Of a stretch of 64,000 bases of DNA, positions 1 to 11,014 are shown one piece after another. The position numbers and the translations under genes are program-made. The stretch is taken from assembly GCA_029961055.1 (NCBI GenBank), contig JASBVM010000048.1:5600-69599 (forward strand). The letters run 5' to 3'. The notes under the pieces were generated by a model. It worked only from the letters and a program-made list of their open reading frames with translations, was not told the DNA's origin and searched no databases. The stretch comes from Bacillota bacterium (lineage in GTDB: Bacteria > Bacillota > Sulfobacillia > JAIMAT01). How positions within the stretch are numbered: the first letter of the stretch is position 1; each line of letters opens with the position of its first letter.

Positions 1-212
1 AGCACCTCGACCAGCTTCTCGAGCTGGCGGCGGAGCCGCTCCCGGTCGCGCTCGTCCCCCTTGCAGACCAACGTGATCCGCGACACCGTGGCATCCTCCG
101 TGGGCCCGACCGCCAGGCTCTCGATGTTGAAGCCGCGCCGGCTCACCAGGGAGGCGACCCTGGCCAACACCCCGGGCTCGTTCTCGACCCTCACCGCCAG
201 CGTGAACTCCAT
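1..212 (-). CDS. ilvH: Acetolactate synthase small (regulatory) subunit, N-terminal part. The gene continues past the window start.
   Basis: Reverse complement of 1..212 translates [54 protein letters not shown]..., the ACT-domain IlvH/IlvN signature. ATG at 212..210 follows a GGAAAGGGGGTGAGG RBS. Confidence 0.85.
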   Translation of the reverse strand, partial: MEFTLAVRVENEPGVLARVASLVSRRGFNIESLAVGPTEDATVSRITLVCKGDERDRERLRRQLEKLVEV

Positions 213-270
213 GGCCTCACCCCCTTTCCGCCCGTTCCGGCTCTCCGGCCCCCGGCGCGACTCCCCGCCG

Positions 271-560
271 GGGCGAAAAAAAGACCCCGCCCCTTGAAGG
301 GGCGAGGTCTCTCGCGCCTCGCGGTACCACCCTTGTTCGCGGAGGATCGCGCCTCCGCCTCTCTTCCCGGTAACGGCCCGGTGTGTCCGGGTCGGCGCGC
401 CCTACTTTCGCCCGCCTCCGGCCCGCTTCCGCACGGAGCGGAACGCCCGGTCGGGGCGGGGATGGTTCGAGCGCGCGGCTCGGGACGGAGGGCTCGTGCC
501 TGGCGGAACCGGTTCGCAGCAAGCCCGGCTCTCTGTCTCCGCCGGCGGCACGCGCGCGGT
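271..560 (-). promoter_or_regulatory. T-box riboswitch leader upstream of ilvH (tRNA-sensing transcription antitermination element).
   Basis: Minus strand reads AACAAGGGTGGTACCGCGAGG (T-box consensus AGGGTGGNACCGCG; plus 319..335), then an 11-bp stem-loop plus U7 terminator. An AGAGAG-containing stem I candidate lies near 500..540. The specifier codon could not be assigned with confidence. Confidence 0.7.
276..309 (-). terminator. Intrinsic terminator of the T-box leader (GACCTCGCCCC-TTCAA-GGGGCGGGGTC followed by TTTTTTT on the minus strand).
   Basis: 11-bp GC-rich stem with one G-U wobble and a T7 run. The stem's 5' half can pair alternatively with the T-box sequence (antiterminator). Confidence 0.75.
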
Positions 561-940
561 CCCTCATCGCCTGGGATACGGTCGATTGTGGCGGGTGCGG
601 GGCGGCCGGTTCCGGCCGGTTGTTGGCAGCGATGCTATCCAAGCGGTTGTCAGGAAGTCAAGGGGACGAAGCGGCGAATCCGCCCGAAAACGCAGCTCAA
701 AGCAACCAAAGGGGCGCCTTTCGCCCTCTAGACCGTCCGGACTTGTGAATGGGCGAACTGCCTCGGGCGGATCGGAGCCGGCGCGGGAGCGGGGCGGCCA
801 AGAAGAGGGCCGGCGCGGTGAGGCGCGGAGGCAGGAGTCCCGCCGCAGACTCCGTATACCTACCACCATCTCCGCGTCACCGGCCGGCCTCCGGCGCTCG
901 TCCCCCTTGCGAGCTCGCGACGCGGAGAGGAGGCTGGCGC

Positions 941-2404
941 ATGCCAGCGCGGACGCTCTTCGAGAAACTCTGGGAAAGCCATGTGGTGGAGGAGGAGCCC
1001 AGCGGGCAGGCGCTCCTCTACGTGGACCTGCACCTGGTCCACGAAGTCACCTCGCCCCAGGCCTTCGAGGGGCTGCGCCGGGCCGGTCGTCGCGTGCGGC
1101 GACCCGACCTGACGGTGGCCACGATCGACCACAACGTGCCCACGGAGCCCGGCCTCCTGACGCCCGACCGGATCGCCGATCCCGTCTCCCGGCGCCAGGT
1201 GGAGGCGTTGGCGGCCAACTGCCGGGAGTTCGGGGTGCCCCTCTTCGGCCTTGAGAGTCCCGACCGGGGGATCGTCCACGTCATCGGGCCGGAGCTGGGC
1301 CTCACGCAGCCCGGCAAGCTGATCGTCTGCGGCGACAGCCATACCGCTACCCACGGTGCCTTCGGGGCGCTCGCCTTCGGCATCGGTACCAGCGAGGTGG
1401 AGCACGTGCTGGCGACCCAGACCCTCTGGCAGCGCCGCCCGCGGACGATGGAGGTCCGCCTCGAGGGACGCCTCGCCCCCGGTGTCACCGCCAAGGACCT
1501 GATCCTCGCCTTCATCGGGCGCCACGGGCCGCGGGTGGGGCAGGGCTACGCCATCGAGTTCACCGGGCCCGTGGTGGAGGCGATGACCATGGAGGAGCGG
1601 ATGACGCTCTGCAACATGGCCATCGAGGCCGGGGCGCGGGTGGGCCTGGTGGCTCCGGACGAGACCACCTTCGCCTACCTGCGCGGGAGGCGCTTCGCCC
1701 CCCAGGGCCGCGCCCGGGAGGAGGCGCTCTCCCACTGGAGGGCGCTGCGCAGCGACCCGGGGGCGCGCTACGACCGGAGTCTCACCTTCGACGCCTCCGG
1801 GGTGGCGCCGCAGGTGACCTGGGGAACCCACCCGGGCATGACCGTGGCGGTGACGGAGGCGGTCCCCGACCCCCGCGCCCTCGAGGATCCCGTGGAGCGG
1901 GCGGCGGCCGAGCGGGCCCTCGCCTACATGGGGCTCGAGCCGGGTACGCCGGTGGAATCGATCCGGGTCGACCGGGTCTTCATCGGCTCCTGCACCAACG
2001 CCCGCCTGGAGGATCTGCGCGCGGCGGCGGCGGTGGCGCGGGGGCGGCGGGTGGCCCCGGGGGTGCGCGCCATGGTGGTGCCCGGCTCGGAGGGCGTCCG
2101 CCGGCGGGCGGAGGCGGAGGGGCTCGACCGCGTCTTCCTGGAGGCGGGCTTCGAGTGGCGCGCCTCCGGTTGCTCGCTCTGCCTCGGCATGAACCCCGAC
2201 GTCCTCCGGCCCGGCGAGCGCGCCGCCTCCACCTCCAACCGGAACTTCGAGGGCCGCCAGGGACGGGGCGGCCGGACCCATCTGGTCAGCCCGGCGATGG
2301 CGGCGGCAGCGGCCGTCGCCGGTCACTTCGTCGACGTGCGCCGCTGGCTGGACGGCGGGGAGAGCGGCCGGGCCGCGACGGCGGCCAGGGAGGCGGGTGC
2401 CTGA
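941..2404 (+). CDS. leuC: 3-isopropylmalate dehydratase large subunit.
   Basis: [16 protein letters not shown]...GDSHT...; ATG at 941 after a GGAGAGGAGG RBS. The 749 ORF start is an upstream artefact. Confidence 0.9.
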   Translation: MPARTLFEKLWESHVVEEEPSGQALLYVDLHLVHEVTSPQAFEGLRRAGRRVRRPDLTVATIDHNVPTEPGLLTPDRIADPVSRRQVEALAANCREFGVPLFGLESPDRGIVHVIGPELGLTQPGKLIVCGDSHTATHGAFGALAFGIGTSEVEHVLATQTLWQRRPRTMEVRLEGRLAPGVTAKDLILAFIGRHGPRVGQGYAIEFTGPVVEAMTMEERMTLCNMAIEAGARVGLVAPDETTFAYLRGRRFAPQGRAREEALSHWRALRSDPGARYDRSLTFDASGVAPQVTWGTHPGMTVAVTEAVPDPRALEDPVERAAAERALAYMGLEPGTPVESIRVDRVFIGSCTNARLEDLRAAAAVARGRRVAPGVRAMVVPGSEGVRRRAEAEGLDRVFLEAGFEWRASGCSLCLGMNPDVLRPGERAASTSNRNFEGRQGRGGRTHLVSPAMAAAAAVAGHFVDVRRWLDGGESGRAATAAREAGA

Positions 2405-3056
2405 TGGAGCGCTTCACCCGGCACACCGGGCTGGTGGCGCCGCTCGACCGTCCCAACGTGGACACGGACGCCATCATCCCCAAGCAGTTCCTGAAACGGA
2501 TCGAGCGGACGGGTTACGGGCCCTTCCTCTTCCACGACTGGCGCTACCGGCCGGACGGCTCGCCCGATCCGGACTTCGTCCTCAACCAGCCCCGCTACCA
2601 GGGGGCCACCATTCTTCTGGCGCGGGAGAACTTCGGCTGCGGCTCCAGCCGCGAACACGCGCCCTGGGCGCTCCAGCAGTACGGCTTCCGGGCGATCGTG
2701 GCGCCCAGCTTCGCCGACATCTTCGAGGCCAACTGCCTGCAGAACGGGCTCCTGCCCGTCCGGCTGGAACCCGAGGCGGTGGAGGAGCTCTTCCGCCGGA
2801 CCGGTGACCAGCCCGGCTACCAGCTGACGGTCGACCTGGAACGGGAGGAGGTCCGCGACGCCTCCGGCTTCGTCGCCGCCTTCCGCGTCGATCCGGAGAG
2901 GAGGCGGCGGTTGCTGGAGGGAGTGGACGACATCGACGTGACGCTCGCGCGGGAGGCGGCCATCGCCGCCTTCGAGGCGCGGCGGCCGAGCTGGTCGGAG
3001 ATCGCTTGGGCGGCGGCCGGGGAGGCCGCCGGCCCGGGACGGGGGGGACGGGAAGC

Positions 3057-3060
<4 letters not shown>
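2404..3060 (+). CDS. leuD: 3-isopropylmalate dehydratase small subunit.
   Basis: [39 protein letters not shown]...; ATGA overlap with the leuC stop. Confidence 0.9.
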
Positions 3061-4793
<1,733 letters not shown>

Positions 4794-4805
4794 GGGGGAG
4801 AGGCT

Positions 4806-5498
4806 TTGACGGGCGGAGGGCGCGGTACCGCCGCCGGCGGAGGGACAGGCCGGCTGGAGCGGCTGCTGGGCGGGCAGCGGGTGATCGCCGCCGTGCGGAC
4901 GGCGCGCGAGTTCCAGCGCGCGCTGTCCGCGCCGCCGCGCCTCATCTTCCTCCTGGAGAGCCGGCTGGTGCAGCTCCCGGGCCTGGTCCGGGAGGCGCAC
5001 GGGGCGGGCAAGGCGCTCTTCGTCCATGGCGACCGCGTGGAGGGACTCAGCCCCGACGAGGCAGGGGTCGACTTCCTGGCCACCAGCGTGGTCCCCGACG
5101 GGCTCATCTCCACCCACCCGGCGGTCATCGCCGCCGCCCGGGCGCGGAGGCTGCAGGCCGTCCAGCGGGTCTTCGCCCTGGACAGCGCCGGCTTGGCCTC
5201 CGCCCGGCGGTTGGCGGCACAGGGAGAGGCGGACGCGGTGGAGATCCTGCCGGGTCTGCTTCCTCGCGTGGTCGCGCGCTTCGCGCGGGAGATGGGGCGG
5301 CCGGTCATCACCGGCGGTTTGCTGGAGAGCCGCGAGGACGTGGAGGCGGCGCTGGCGGCCGGGGCTCGTGCCGTCTCCGCCAGCTCGGAGGCGATCTGGC
5401 AACTGGCGGACGAAATGGAGAAAGAGCGTTTCGGTCACCGGGAGGAGTCGGCCGTGGAGGGACGAATAGAGGGTCTCACAACCAGTTCCGATTCGTGA
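4806..5498 (+). CDS. glpP: Glycerol-uptake operon antiterminator (G3P-responsive RNA-binding regulator GlpP).
   Basis: KALFVHGDRVEGLSPDEAGVDFLA and the overall sequence are collinear with B. subtilis GlpP (PF04309). TTG start 12 nt after the ilvD stop, preceded by a [13 protein letters not shown]. Confidence 0.75.
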   Translation: MTGGGRGTAAGGGTGRLERLLGGQRVIAAVRTAREFQRALSAPPRLIFLLESRLVQLPGLVREAHGAGKALFVHGDRVEGLSPDEAGVDFLATSVVPDGLISTHPAVIAAARARRLQAVQRVFALDSAGLASARRLAAQGEADAVEILPGLLPRVVARFAREMGRPVITGGLLESREDVEAALAAGARAVSASSEAIWQLADEMEKERFGHREESAVEGRIEGLTTSSDS

Positions 5499-5630
5499 TC
5501 GGAGCGACGGGCAGAGAGGGAGAGGTCCCGCCGCGCGTGCCTGGCATCGTCGGTGCCGGGCCGGGTGGCCGCGGGGCCTCTCTTCGTTACGTCCGCGCGA
5601 GAAGTCCCGCGATCCGGACCGGCAGGTGGG

Positions 5631-5666
5631 AGGGCCGCCAGGCGATGCGTGGCGGCCCTTTTCTGT
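5631..5666 (+). terminator. Leader terminator in the glpF 5' UTR, the probable GlpP antitermination target.
   Basis: GGGCCGCCA-ggcgatgcg-TGGCGGCCC followed by TTTTCTGTT, located between glpP and glpF. Confidence 0.65.
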
Positions 5667-5780
5667 TGGGCTTGGCGGGCATCGTGGCACACACCCAGTC
5701 CGCCCGGGGAGGGGGTGAGCGGCGAGGGGGCGGGTGGACCCGAGCCCGAGGCCAAAGACGCGGCATGCTCGTGGGAGGCG

Positions 5781-6500
5781 ATGATGCACGTGTCACCCTA
5801 CCTGGCCGAGTTCGTCGGTACGGCCATCCTGATCGTGCTGGGCGACGGCGTGGTAGCGAACGTCCTTCTGAATCGGTCGAAGGGACAGAACGGCGGCTGG
5901 ATGGTGATCACCACAGGGTGGGCCCTGGCCGTGGCGATCGCCGTCTACGCGGTCGGCTGGATCAGCGGCGCGCACATCAACCCTGCCGTCACCGTGGCCC
6001 TGGCCGCCATCGGCAGGTTCCCCTGGTCGGAGGTGCCGGGCTACATCGTGGCGCAGGTGCTCGGCGCCTTTGCGGGCGCGGTCCTCGTCTGGCTCGCCTA
6101 CCTGCCGCACTGGGGTGAGACGGCCGATCCCGACCTGAAGCTGGCGGTCTTCTCCACCATGCCCGCCGTGCGCAACTACCCCCTCAACTTCCTGACCGAG
6201 GTGATCGGCACGGCCGTGCTCGTCCTGGGCGTCCTGTTCATCCCCGACCGGCACAACGCCATCGGGGGCGGCCTGGTGCCGCTGCTGATCGGCGTCCTCG
6301 TATGGGCGATCGGCCTCTCGCTGGGCGGTCCCACCGGCTACGCCATCAACCCGGCCCGCGACTTCGGCCCGCGCCTGGCGCACGCCGTCCTTCCCATCCC
6401 GGGCAAGCGCGACTCGGACTGGGCCTACGCCTGGATACCGATCGTGGCCCCCCTGGTGGGCGGCGTCCTGGGCGCGCTGCTCTTCCATGCCATCTGGTGA
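5781..6500 (+). CDS. glpF: Glycerol uptake facilitator (aquaglyceroporin).
   Basis: Two NPA boxes ([16 protein letters not shown]) and a MIP-family TM pattern. ATG 5781/5784 after GGGAGG. Confidence 0.88.
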   Translation: MMHVSPYLAEFVGTAILIVLGDGVVANVLLNRSKGQNGGWMVITTGWALAVAIAVYAVGWISGAHINPAVTVALAAIGRFPWSEVPGYIVAQVLGAFAGAVLVWLAYLPHWGETADPDLKLAVFSTMPAVRNYPLNFLTEVIGTAVLVLGVLFIPDRHNAIGGGLVPLLIGVLVWAIGLSLGGPTGYAINPARDFGPRLAHAVLPIPGKRDSDWAYAWIPIVAPLVGGVLGALLFHAIW

Positions 6501-6504
6501 GGTG

Positions 6505-8007
6505 ATGTCGATGTCAGGCAAGTACGTCCTGGCGCTGGACCAGGGAACCACCAGCTCGCGCGCCATCGTCTTCGACCCCGACGGCCGCGTGGTGGGCATG
6601 AGTCAGAAGGAGTTCCGCCAGATCTTCCCCCAGCCCGGCTGGGTGGAGCACGACCCCGAGGAGATCTGGCAGAGCCAGCTGGAGACCGCCCAGGAAGCGT
6701 TGCGGAAGGCGCTGATCGAGCCCTCGGACCTGGCGGCCATCGGGATCACCAACCAGCGCGAGACCACCATCCTCTGGGACCGCGGCACCGGCAAGCCGGT
6801 GACGAACGCCATCGTCTGGCAGGACCGGCGGACGGCGCCCATCTGCGACCGGCTGCGGGAGGAGGGTCGGACCGAGTGGTTCCGCGAGAAGACCGGCCTG
6901 GTGGTCGACGCCTACTTCTCCGGCACCAAGGTGCAGTGGATCCTGGACCACGTGCCGGGTGCCCGCGAGCGGGCGGAACGGGGCGAGCTGGCCTTCGGCA
7001 CCGTCGACAGCTGGCTCATCTGGAAGCTGACCGGAGGAAGGGTGCACGCGACCGACTACTCCAACGCCTCCCGCACCCTCCTCTACAACATCCGCGAGCT
7101 CCGCTGGGACGAGGAGATCCTGCGCGAGCTGCGCATCCCGGCCTCGCTCCTCCCGGAGGTGAAGCCCTCCAGCGGTCGCTTCGGCGAGACGGACCCGGGC
7201 CTCCTCGGCGCCGCCATCCCCATCACCGGGGTCGCCGGTGACCAGCAGGCGGCCCTCTTCGGGCAGGGCTGCTACGAGCCGGGCATGGCCAAGAACACGT
7301 ACGGCACCGGCTCCTTCGTGCTGCTCAACACCGGCGAGCAGCCCGTCCCCTCGGCCCACGGGCTGGTGACCACCATCGCCTGGGGACTCGGCGGCCGGGT
7401 GGTCTACGCTCTGGAGGGGAGCATCTTCGTCACCGGTGCGGCCGTCCAGTGGCTCCGCGACCAGCTGGGCATCGTCCGGACCGCGGCCGAGACCGAGGAG
7501 CTGGCCAGGTCGGTGGAGGACACCGGCGGCGTCTACCTGGTCCCGGCCTTCGTCGGCCTGGGTGCGCCGTACTGGGACGCCTACGCCCGCGGGACGTTGA
7601 TCGGCGTCACCCGGGGTACCGGGCGCGCCGAGATCGCTCGCGCCACGCTCGAGTCCATCGCCTACCAGAGCCGCGACGTGCTCCAGGCGATGGTGGAGGA
7701 TGCGCGCCAGCCGCTGAAGAGCCTGCGCGTGGACGGCGGCGCGTCGATGAACAACTTCCTGATGCAGTTCCAGGCCGACATCCTGGACGTGCCCATCCTG
7801 CGGCCGGTGATCGCCGAGACCACCGCCCTGGGGGCCGCCTACCTGGCAGGACTGGCGGCGGGCGTCTGGGAAGACGTGGACGAGCTGGCGGCGAAGTGGC
7901 AGGTGGACCGCCGCTTCGAGCCCTCCATGCCCGAGGAGCGCCGGCAGGCGCTGCTGGAGGGCTGGCGGCGAGCGGTGGAGCGGGCCCGGGGGTGGGCGAG
8001 CGCCTAG
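6505..8007 (+). CDS. glpK: Glycerol kinase.
   Basis: [19 protein letters not shown]...[11 protein letters not shown]...; alternative start 6511. Confidence 0.92.
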   Translation: MSMSGKYVLALDQGTTSSRAIVFDPDGRVVGMSQKEFRQIFPQPGWVEHDPEEIWQSQLETAQEALRKALIEPSDLAAIGITNQRETTILWDRGTGKPVTNAIVWQDRRTAPICDRLREEGRTEWFREKTGLVVDAYFSGTKVQWILDHVPGARERAERGELAFGTVDSWLIWKLTGGRVHATDYSNASRTLLYNIRELRWDEEILRELRIPASLLPEVKPSSGRFGETDPGLLGAAIPITGVAGDQQAALFGQGCYEPGMAKNTYGTGSFVLLNTGEQPVPSAHGLVTTIAWGLGGRVVYALEGSIFVTGAAVQWLRDQLGIVRTAAETEELARSVEDTGGVYLVPAFVGLGAPYWDAYARGTLIGVTRGTGRAEIARATLESIAYQSRDVLQAMVEDARQPLKSLRVDGGASMNNFLMQFQADILDVPILRPVIAETTALGAAYLAGLAAGVWEDVDELAAKWQVDRRFEPSMPEERRQALLEGWRRAVERARGWASA

Positions 8008-8078
8008 ACCTGGCCCGCCACCCGAACACAGGGAGAAAGCGGGGTATCAAGGCGACGAGATCCGATCCGGTCGAGCAG

Positions 8079-10205
8079 GTGAAGGGACGCTCGGAGGGGG
8101 AGCCGGTGGTGGTGATCGGCGCCGGCTCCACCGGCGCGGCGCTGGCCTACGACCTGGCGCTGCGCGGGCTGCCGGTGCTGGTGCTGGAGCGGGGCGAGCC
8201 CGGCTCCGGCACCACCGGCCGGAACCACGCCCTGCTCCACTCCGGCGCCCGGTACGTGGTCAGCGACCCGGAGTCGGCCCGGGAGTGCGCCGTCGAGAAC
8301 CGCATCCTGCGCAGGATCGCGCCGGAGGTGGTGGAGCGGAACGGCGGCCTCTTCATCGCCCTGGACGAGGAGGATCTGGCCTACCGGCCGCGCTTCCTGG
8401 AGGCGGCGGAGGCGGCGGGTGTCCCGGCGCGGGAGATCACGCCCGAGCAGGCGCTGGCGCTGGAGCCCGAGCTCAACCCCGGGCTGAAGGCGGCGGTCCA
8501 GGTCGAGGACGCGGCGATGGACCCCTACCGGCTGGTCCTGGCCTGGCTGGCCAGCGCCGAGGCCTACGGCGCGGTGGTGCGGCCCTACTCGGAGGTGACC
8601 GGGGTCCGGGTGGAAGCCGGCCGCGTGCGGGGGCTGGAGGTTCACGACCTCCGCTCCGGGCGGCTCTACTTCCAGCCTGCAGCCCTGGTGGTCAACGCGG
8701 CCGGGCCCTGGGCCGGGCGGGTCGCGGCGCTGGCCGGCGTCCGCGTTCCCGTCGTGCCCAGCCCGGGGGTGATGGTGGCCACCGCCGTCCGGCTCAACCG
8801 GCGGGTGGTCAACCGCCTCCGCCGTCCGGGGGACGGCGACATCATCGTCCCCCAGCGGCAGGCGTCGCTGATCGGGACCACTTCCTGGACGGTGGAGGAG
8901 CCGGACCTGCTGGAGGTGCCACCCGAGCACGTGGCGCTGCTGATCGAGCAGGGAGCGCAGCTGATCCCCGCCGTCCGGGGCGCCCCCCTGCGCGCCGCCT
9001 TCGTGGCGGCGCGGCCGCTGGTGGCCGGCAACGTGGAGGAGAGCGGGCGGGAGATCTCGCGGACCTTCCAGACGTTCGACCACGAGAGCCGGGACGGCGT
9101 GCGCGGGCTGATCACCATCGCCGGCGGCAAGACCACCACCTCGCGGGCCATGGCCGAGGCGGCGGCCGACCTGGTCTGCCGGAGGCTGGGGTTCGAGGCG
9201 CCCTGCCGGACGGCGGAGCTGCCGCTCCGGAGCTACCGCCTCTACCGGCCGGCGCCGCCCGTGGAGTCGGGGAGGAGCCACCGGCCGGAGGGGCGACCCG
9301 GTCCGGGGGTGCGGCCCCGCAGCGCCGCGGCTCTGGCGGGCCCGCTCCCGGCACCGGCGTCCCGGGGGGCCCGCCCCTATCCGGTCCGCCTCCGCCTGCG
9401 GCGGAGCCCCCGCCTGGGCGGCGGGGGCGGCGAGGGCGAGAAGGGCGACGAGGGGAGAGCCCGGTTCGAGGAGGTGAGCGTGGAGGACGCATCGGGGGAG
9501 ACGCTCCTCGACCTTCTGGAGCGGCTCCGCTTCGGTCCCGTGCCGGACCTGGTCTACCGGGCGTCCTGCCATCACGCCAACTGCGGCAGCTGCGCGGTGG
9601 AGGCGAACGGCGTGGAACGGCTCGCCTGCGTCGCCCGGGTGGAGGACCTGGTGCCGCCGGGAGGACTTCTGACGCTGGAGCCGCTCGGCTCCCTGCCCTG
9701 GGTCGCCGACCTGGTGGCCGACCTGAGCCCCCTCCGGGCGCGGCTGGCGGGGTTGGAGGCGCCCCCCAAGGCCGTCCTGGAGGGGCCCGGGGGCGGCGAC
9801 GCAGGGGAGCCGGGGGGCGAACGCTTCCCGGACTGCATCGAGTGCGGCGCCTGCCTGGCAGCCTGCCCGGTGGTGGCGAGCGATCCGGCGTACCTGGGGC
9901 CGGCTCCGCTGGCGGCCGCCCTGCGCGCGGTCGGCCAGGCGGCGACCCCCGCGGAGGCGGCCGCGCGGCTGGCGGCCGTGGACGGTCCCGAAGGCGTCTG
10001 GCGCTGTCACCAGGCCTTCGAGTGCAGCGAGGTCTGCCCCGCCCACGTCGACCCGGCGGGGGCGATCCTGGCGCTCCGGCGTCTCTCGGCGCGGCGGCAC
10101 CTGGGCCTGGGCGCCCGCCTGGAGCCGCGGGCGCCGGAGCCGCTTCTGGCGGAGGAGGGCGGCCGGGGCGGGGGCGGCCCGGCAGAGAGGAGGTCCCGCC
10201 CGTGA
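8079..10205 (+). CDS. glpA: Glycerol-3-phosphate dehydrogenase (GlpA-type FAD subunit) fused in frame to a complete SdhB/FrdB-like iron-sulfur domain.
   Basis: The N-terminal ~400 aa are collinear with E. coli GlpA (VVVIGAGSTGAALAYDLALRG, TGRNHALLHSGARY, GDIIVP, SLIGTTS, GGKTTTSR). A ~70-aa G/P/R-rich linker follows. The C-terminal ~245 aa carry CHHANCGSCAVEANGVERLAC (2Fe-2S), CIECGACLAACP (4Fe-4S) and CHQAFECSEVCP (3Fe-4S), and there is no in-frame stop between the parts. The start is uncertain (GTG 8079, or GTG 8106/8109 after GGAGGGGGAG); the 7449 ORF start overlaps glpK and was rejected. Confidence 0.75.
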   Translation: MKGRSEGEPVVVIGAGSTGAALAYDLALRGLPVLVLERGEPGSGTTGRNHALLHSGARYVVSDPESARECAVENRILRRIAPEVVERNGGLFIALDEEDLAYRPRFLEAAEAAGVPAREITPEQALALEPELNPGLKAAVQVEDAAMDPYRLVLAWLASAEAYGAVVRPYSEVTGVRVEAGRVRGLEVHDLRSGRLYFQPAALVVNAAGPWAGRVAALAGVRVPVVPSPGVMVATAVRLNRRVVNRLRRPGDGDIIVPQRQASLIGTTSWTVEEPDLLEVPPEHVALLIEQGAQLIPAVRGAPLRAAFVAARPLVAGNVEESGREISRTFQTFDHESRDGVRGLITIAGGKTTTSRAMAEAAADLVCRRLGFEAPCRTAELPLRSYRLYRPAPPVESGRSHRPEGRPGPGVRPRSAAALAGPLPAPASRGARPYPVRLRLRRSPRLGGGGGEGEKGDEGRARFEEVSVEDASGETLLDLLERLRFGPVPDLVYRASCHHANCGSCAVEANGVERLACVARVEDLVPPGGLLTLEPLGSLPWVADLVADLSPLRARLAGLEAPPKAVLEGPGGGDAGEPGGERFPDCIECGACLAACPVVASDPAYLGPAPLAAALRAVGQAATPAEAAARLAAVDGPEGVWRCHQAFECSEVCPAHVDPAGAILALRRLSARRHLGLGARLEPRAPEPLLAEEGGRGGGGPAERRSRP

Positions 10206-10597
10206 GCGCGCGGGAGTGGCGGCGCTGGTTCGCTCCCCGGCGGCGGGCGCTGGGCAGCTGGGCCTTCGCCCTCAACCGCTTCAGCGGCCTTCTCCTGGCC
10301 GCCTACCTGCTGGTCCACCTCGGCGTCCTCAGCCTCCTCCGCCGGCAGAGCGACAGCTACGACGCCTTCGTCCACGCCGTCAGCTCACCGCCGGCCCTGG
10401 TGGCCGACCTCCTGCTGGTGGCGGTCGCCCTGGGGCATGGGCTCAACGGCGTGCGGCTGATCGCCCTGGGGCTCGGCGCCCGGCCCGAGCGGCAGAAGCT
10501 CTGGTTCTGGGGGCTGATGGCGGTGGGCGTCCTTCTCTTCGCCTACGCGGGCTACCGCATGCTGGGGCCGGTCATGGCGGCGGGGGTGAGCGGATGA
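10202..10597 (+). CDS. SdhC-like membrane anchor subunit (cytochrome b type, ~131 aa, 3 TM) of the GlpA-FeS complex.
   Basis: GTG 10202 overlaps the glpA stop (GTGA) after a GGCAGAGAGGAGG RBS. RFSGLLLAAYLLVHL... are hydrophobic helices with conserved His. Confidence 0.6.
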   Translation: MSAREWRRWFAPRRRALGSWAFALNRFSGLLLAAYLLVHLGVLSLLRRQSDSYDAFVHAVSSPPALVADLLLVAVALGHGLNGVRLIALGLGARPERQKLWFWGLMAVGVLLFAYAGYRMLGPVMAAGVSG

Positions 10598-10941
10598 ACC
10601 ACTCGTACTCCGCATGGGGTTGGATTCTGCAGGCCGTCTCGGGAGCGCTGCTCCTCTTCTTCCTGGGGGAGCACATCGTCATCAACCACTTCTCCGGGCT
10701 GCTCACCCGGGCGGAGGTGATCGGCCACCTGCGCAACCCCTGGTGGTGGGTGGTGGAGAGCGGCTTCCTGGTGACGGTCACCTTCCACGCGCTGGCGGGC
10801 ATCCGGGCCGTCCTCTTCGACCTGGGTCTCGACGCCGGCTGGCGACGGCGGGTGACGCTGGGAGCATGGCTGTTGGGCGCGCTGATGGTGGGCTACGGGC
10901 TCTGGCTGACCTGGGGCCTGGTGGCGCAGGGCGGCGCCTGA
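10594..10941 (+). CDS. SdhD-like second membrane anchor subunit (~115 aa, 3 TM).
   Basis: ATG 10594 overlaps the previous stop (ATGA). MNHSYSAWGWILQAVSGALLLFF...TFHALAGIRAVLFDLG. Confidence 0.55.
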   Translation: MNHSYSAWGWILQAVSGALLLFFLGEHIVINHFSGLLTRAEVIGHLRNPWWWVVESGFLVTVTFHALAGIRAVLFDLGLDAGWRRRVTLGAWLLGALMVGYGLWLTWGLVAQGGA

Positions 10942-11014
10942 ACACCGGTGGACCGCCCGCGCCGGCGGTCGGCCGCGGGCGCCGCCAGGCGCGATGAAAG
11001 GGAGGGTGGCAGGG

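Noticed and set aside
600-940. Second T-box on the plus strand for leuC.
   Set aside because: Searched for AGGGTGGNACCGCG on the plus strand and did not find it; the region is left as unexplained leader.
7449-8078. N-terminal 210 aa of the 918-aa plus-strand ORF.
   Set aside because: Overlaps glpK in another frame and is low complexity. The GlpA homology starts at ~8079.
8285-10201. 770-aa plus-strand ORF.
   Set aside because: Only its last 131 codons (10202..10597, the SdhC-like anchor) look real; the rest overlaps glpA in another frame with G/R/P-rich translation.
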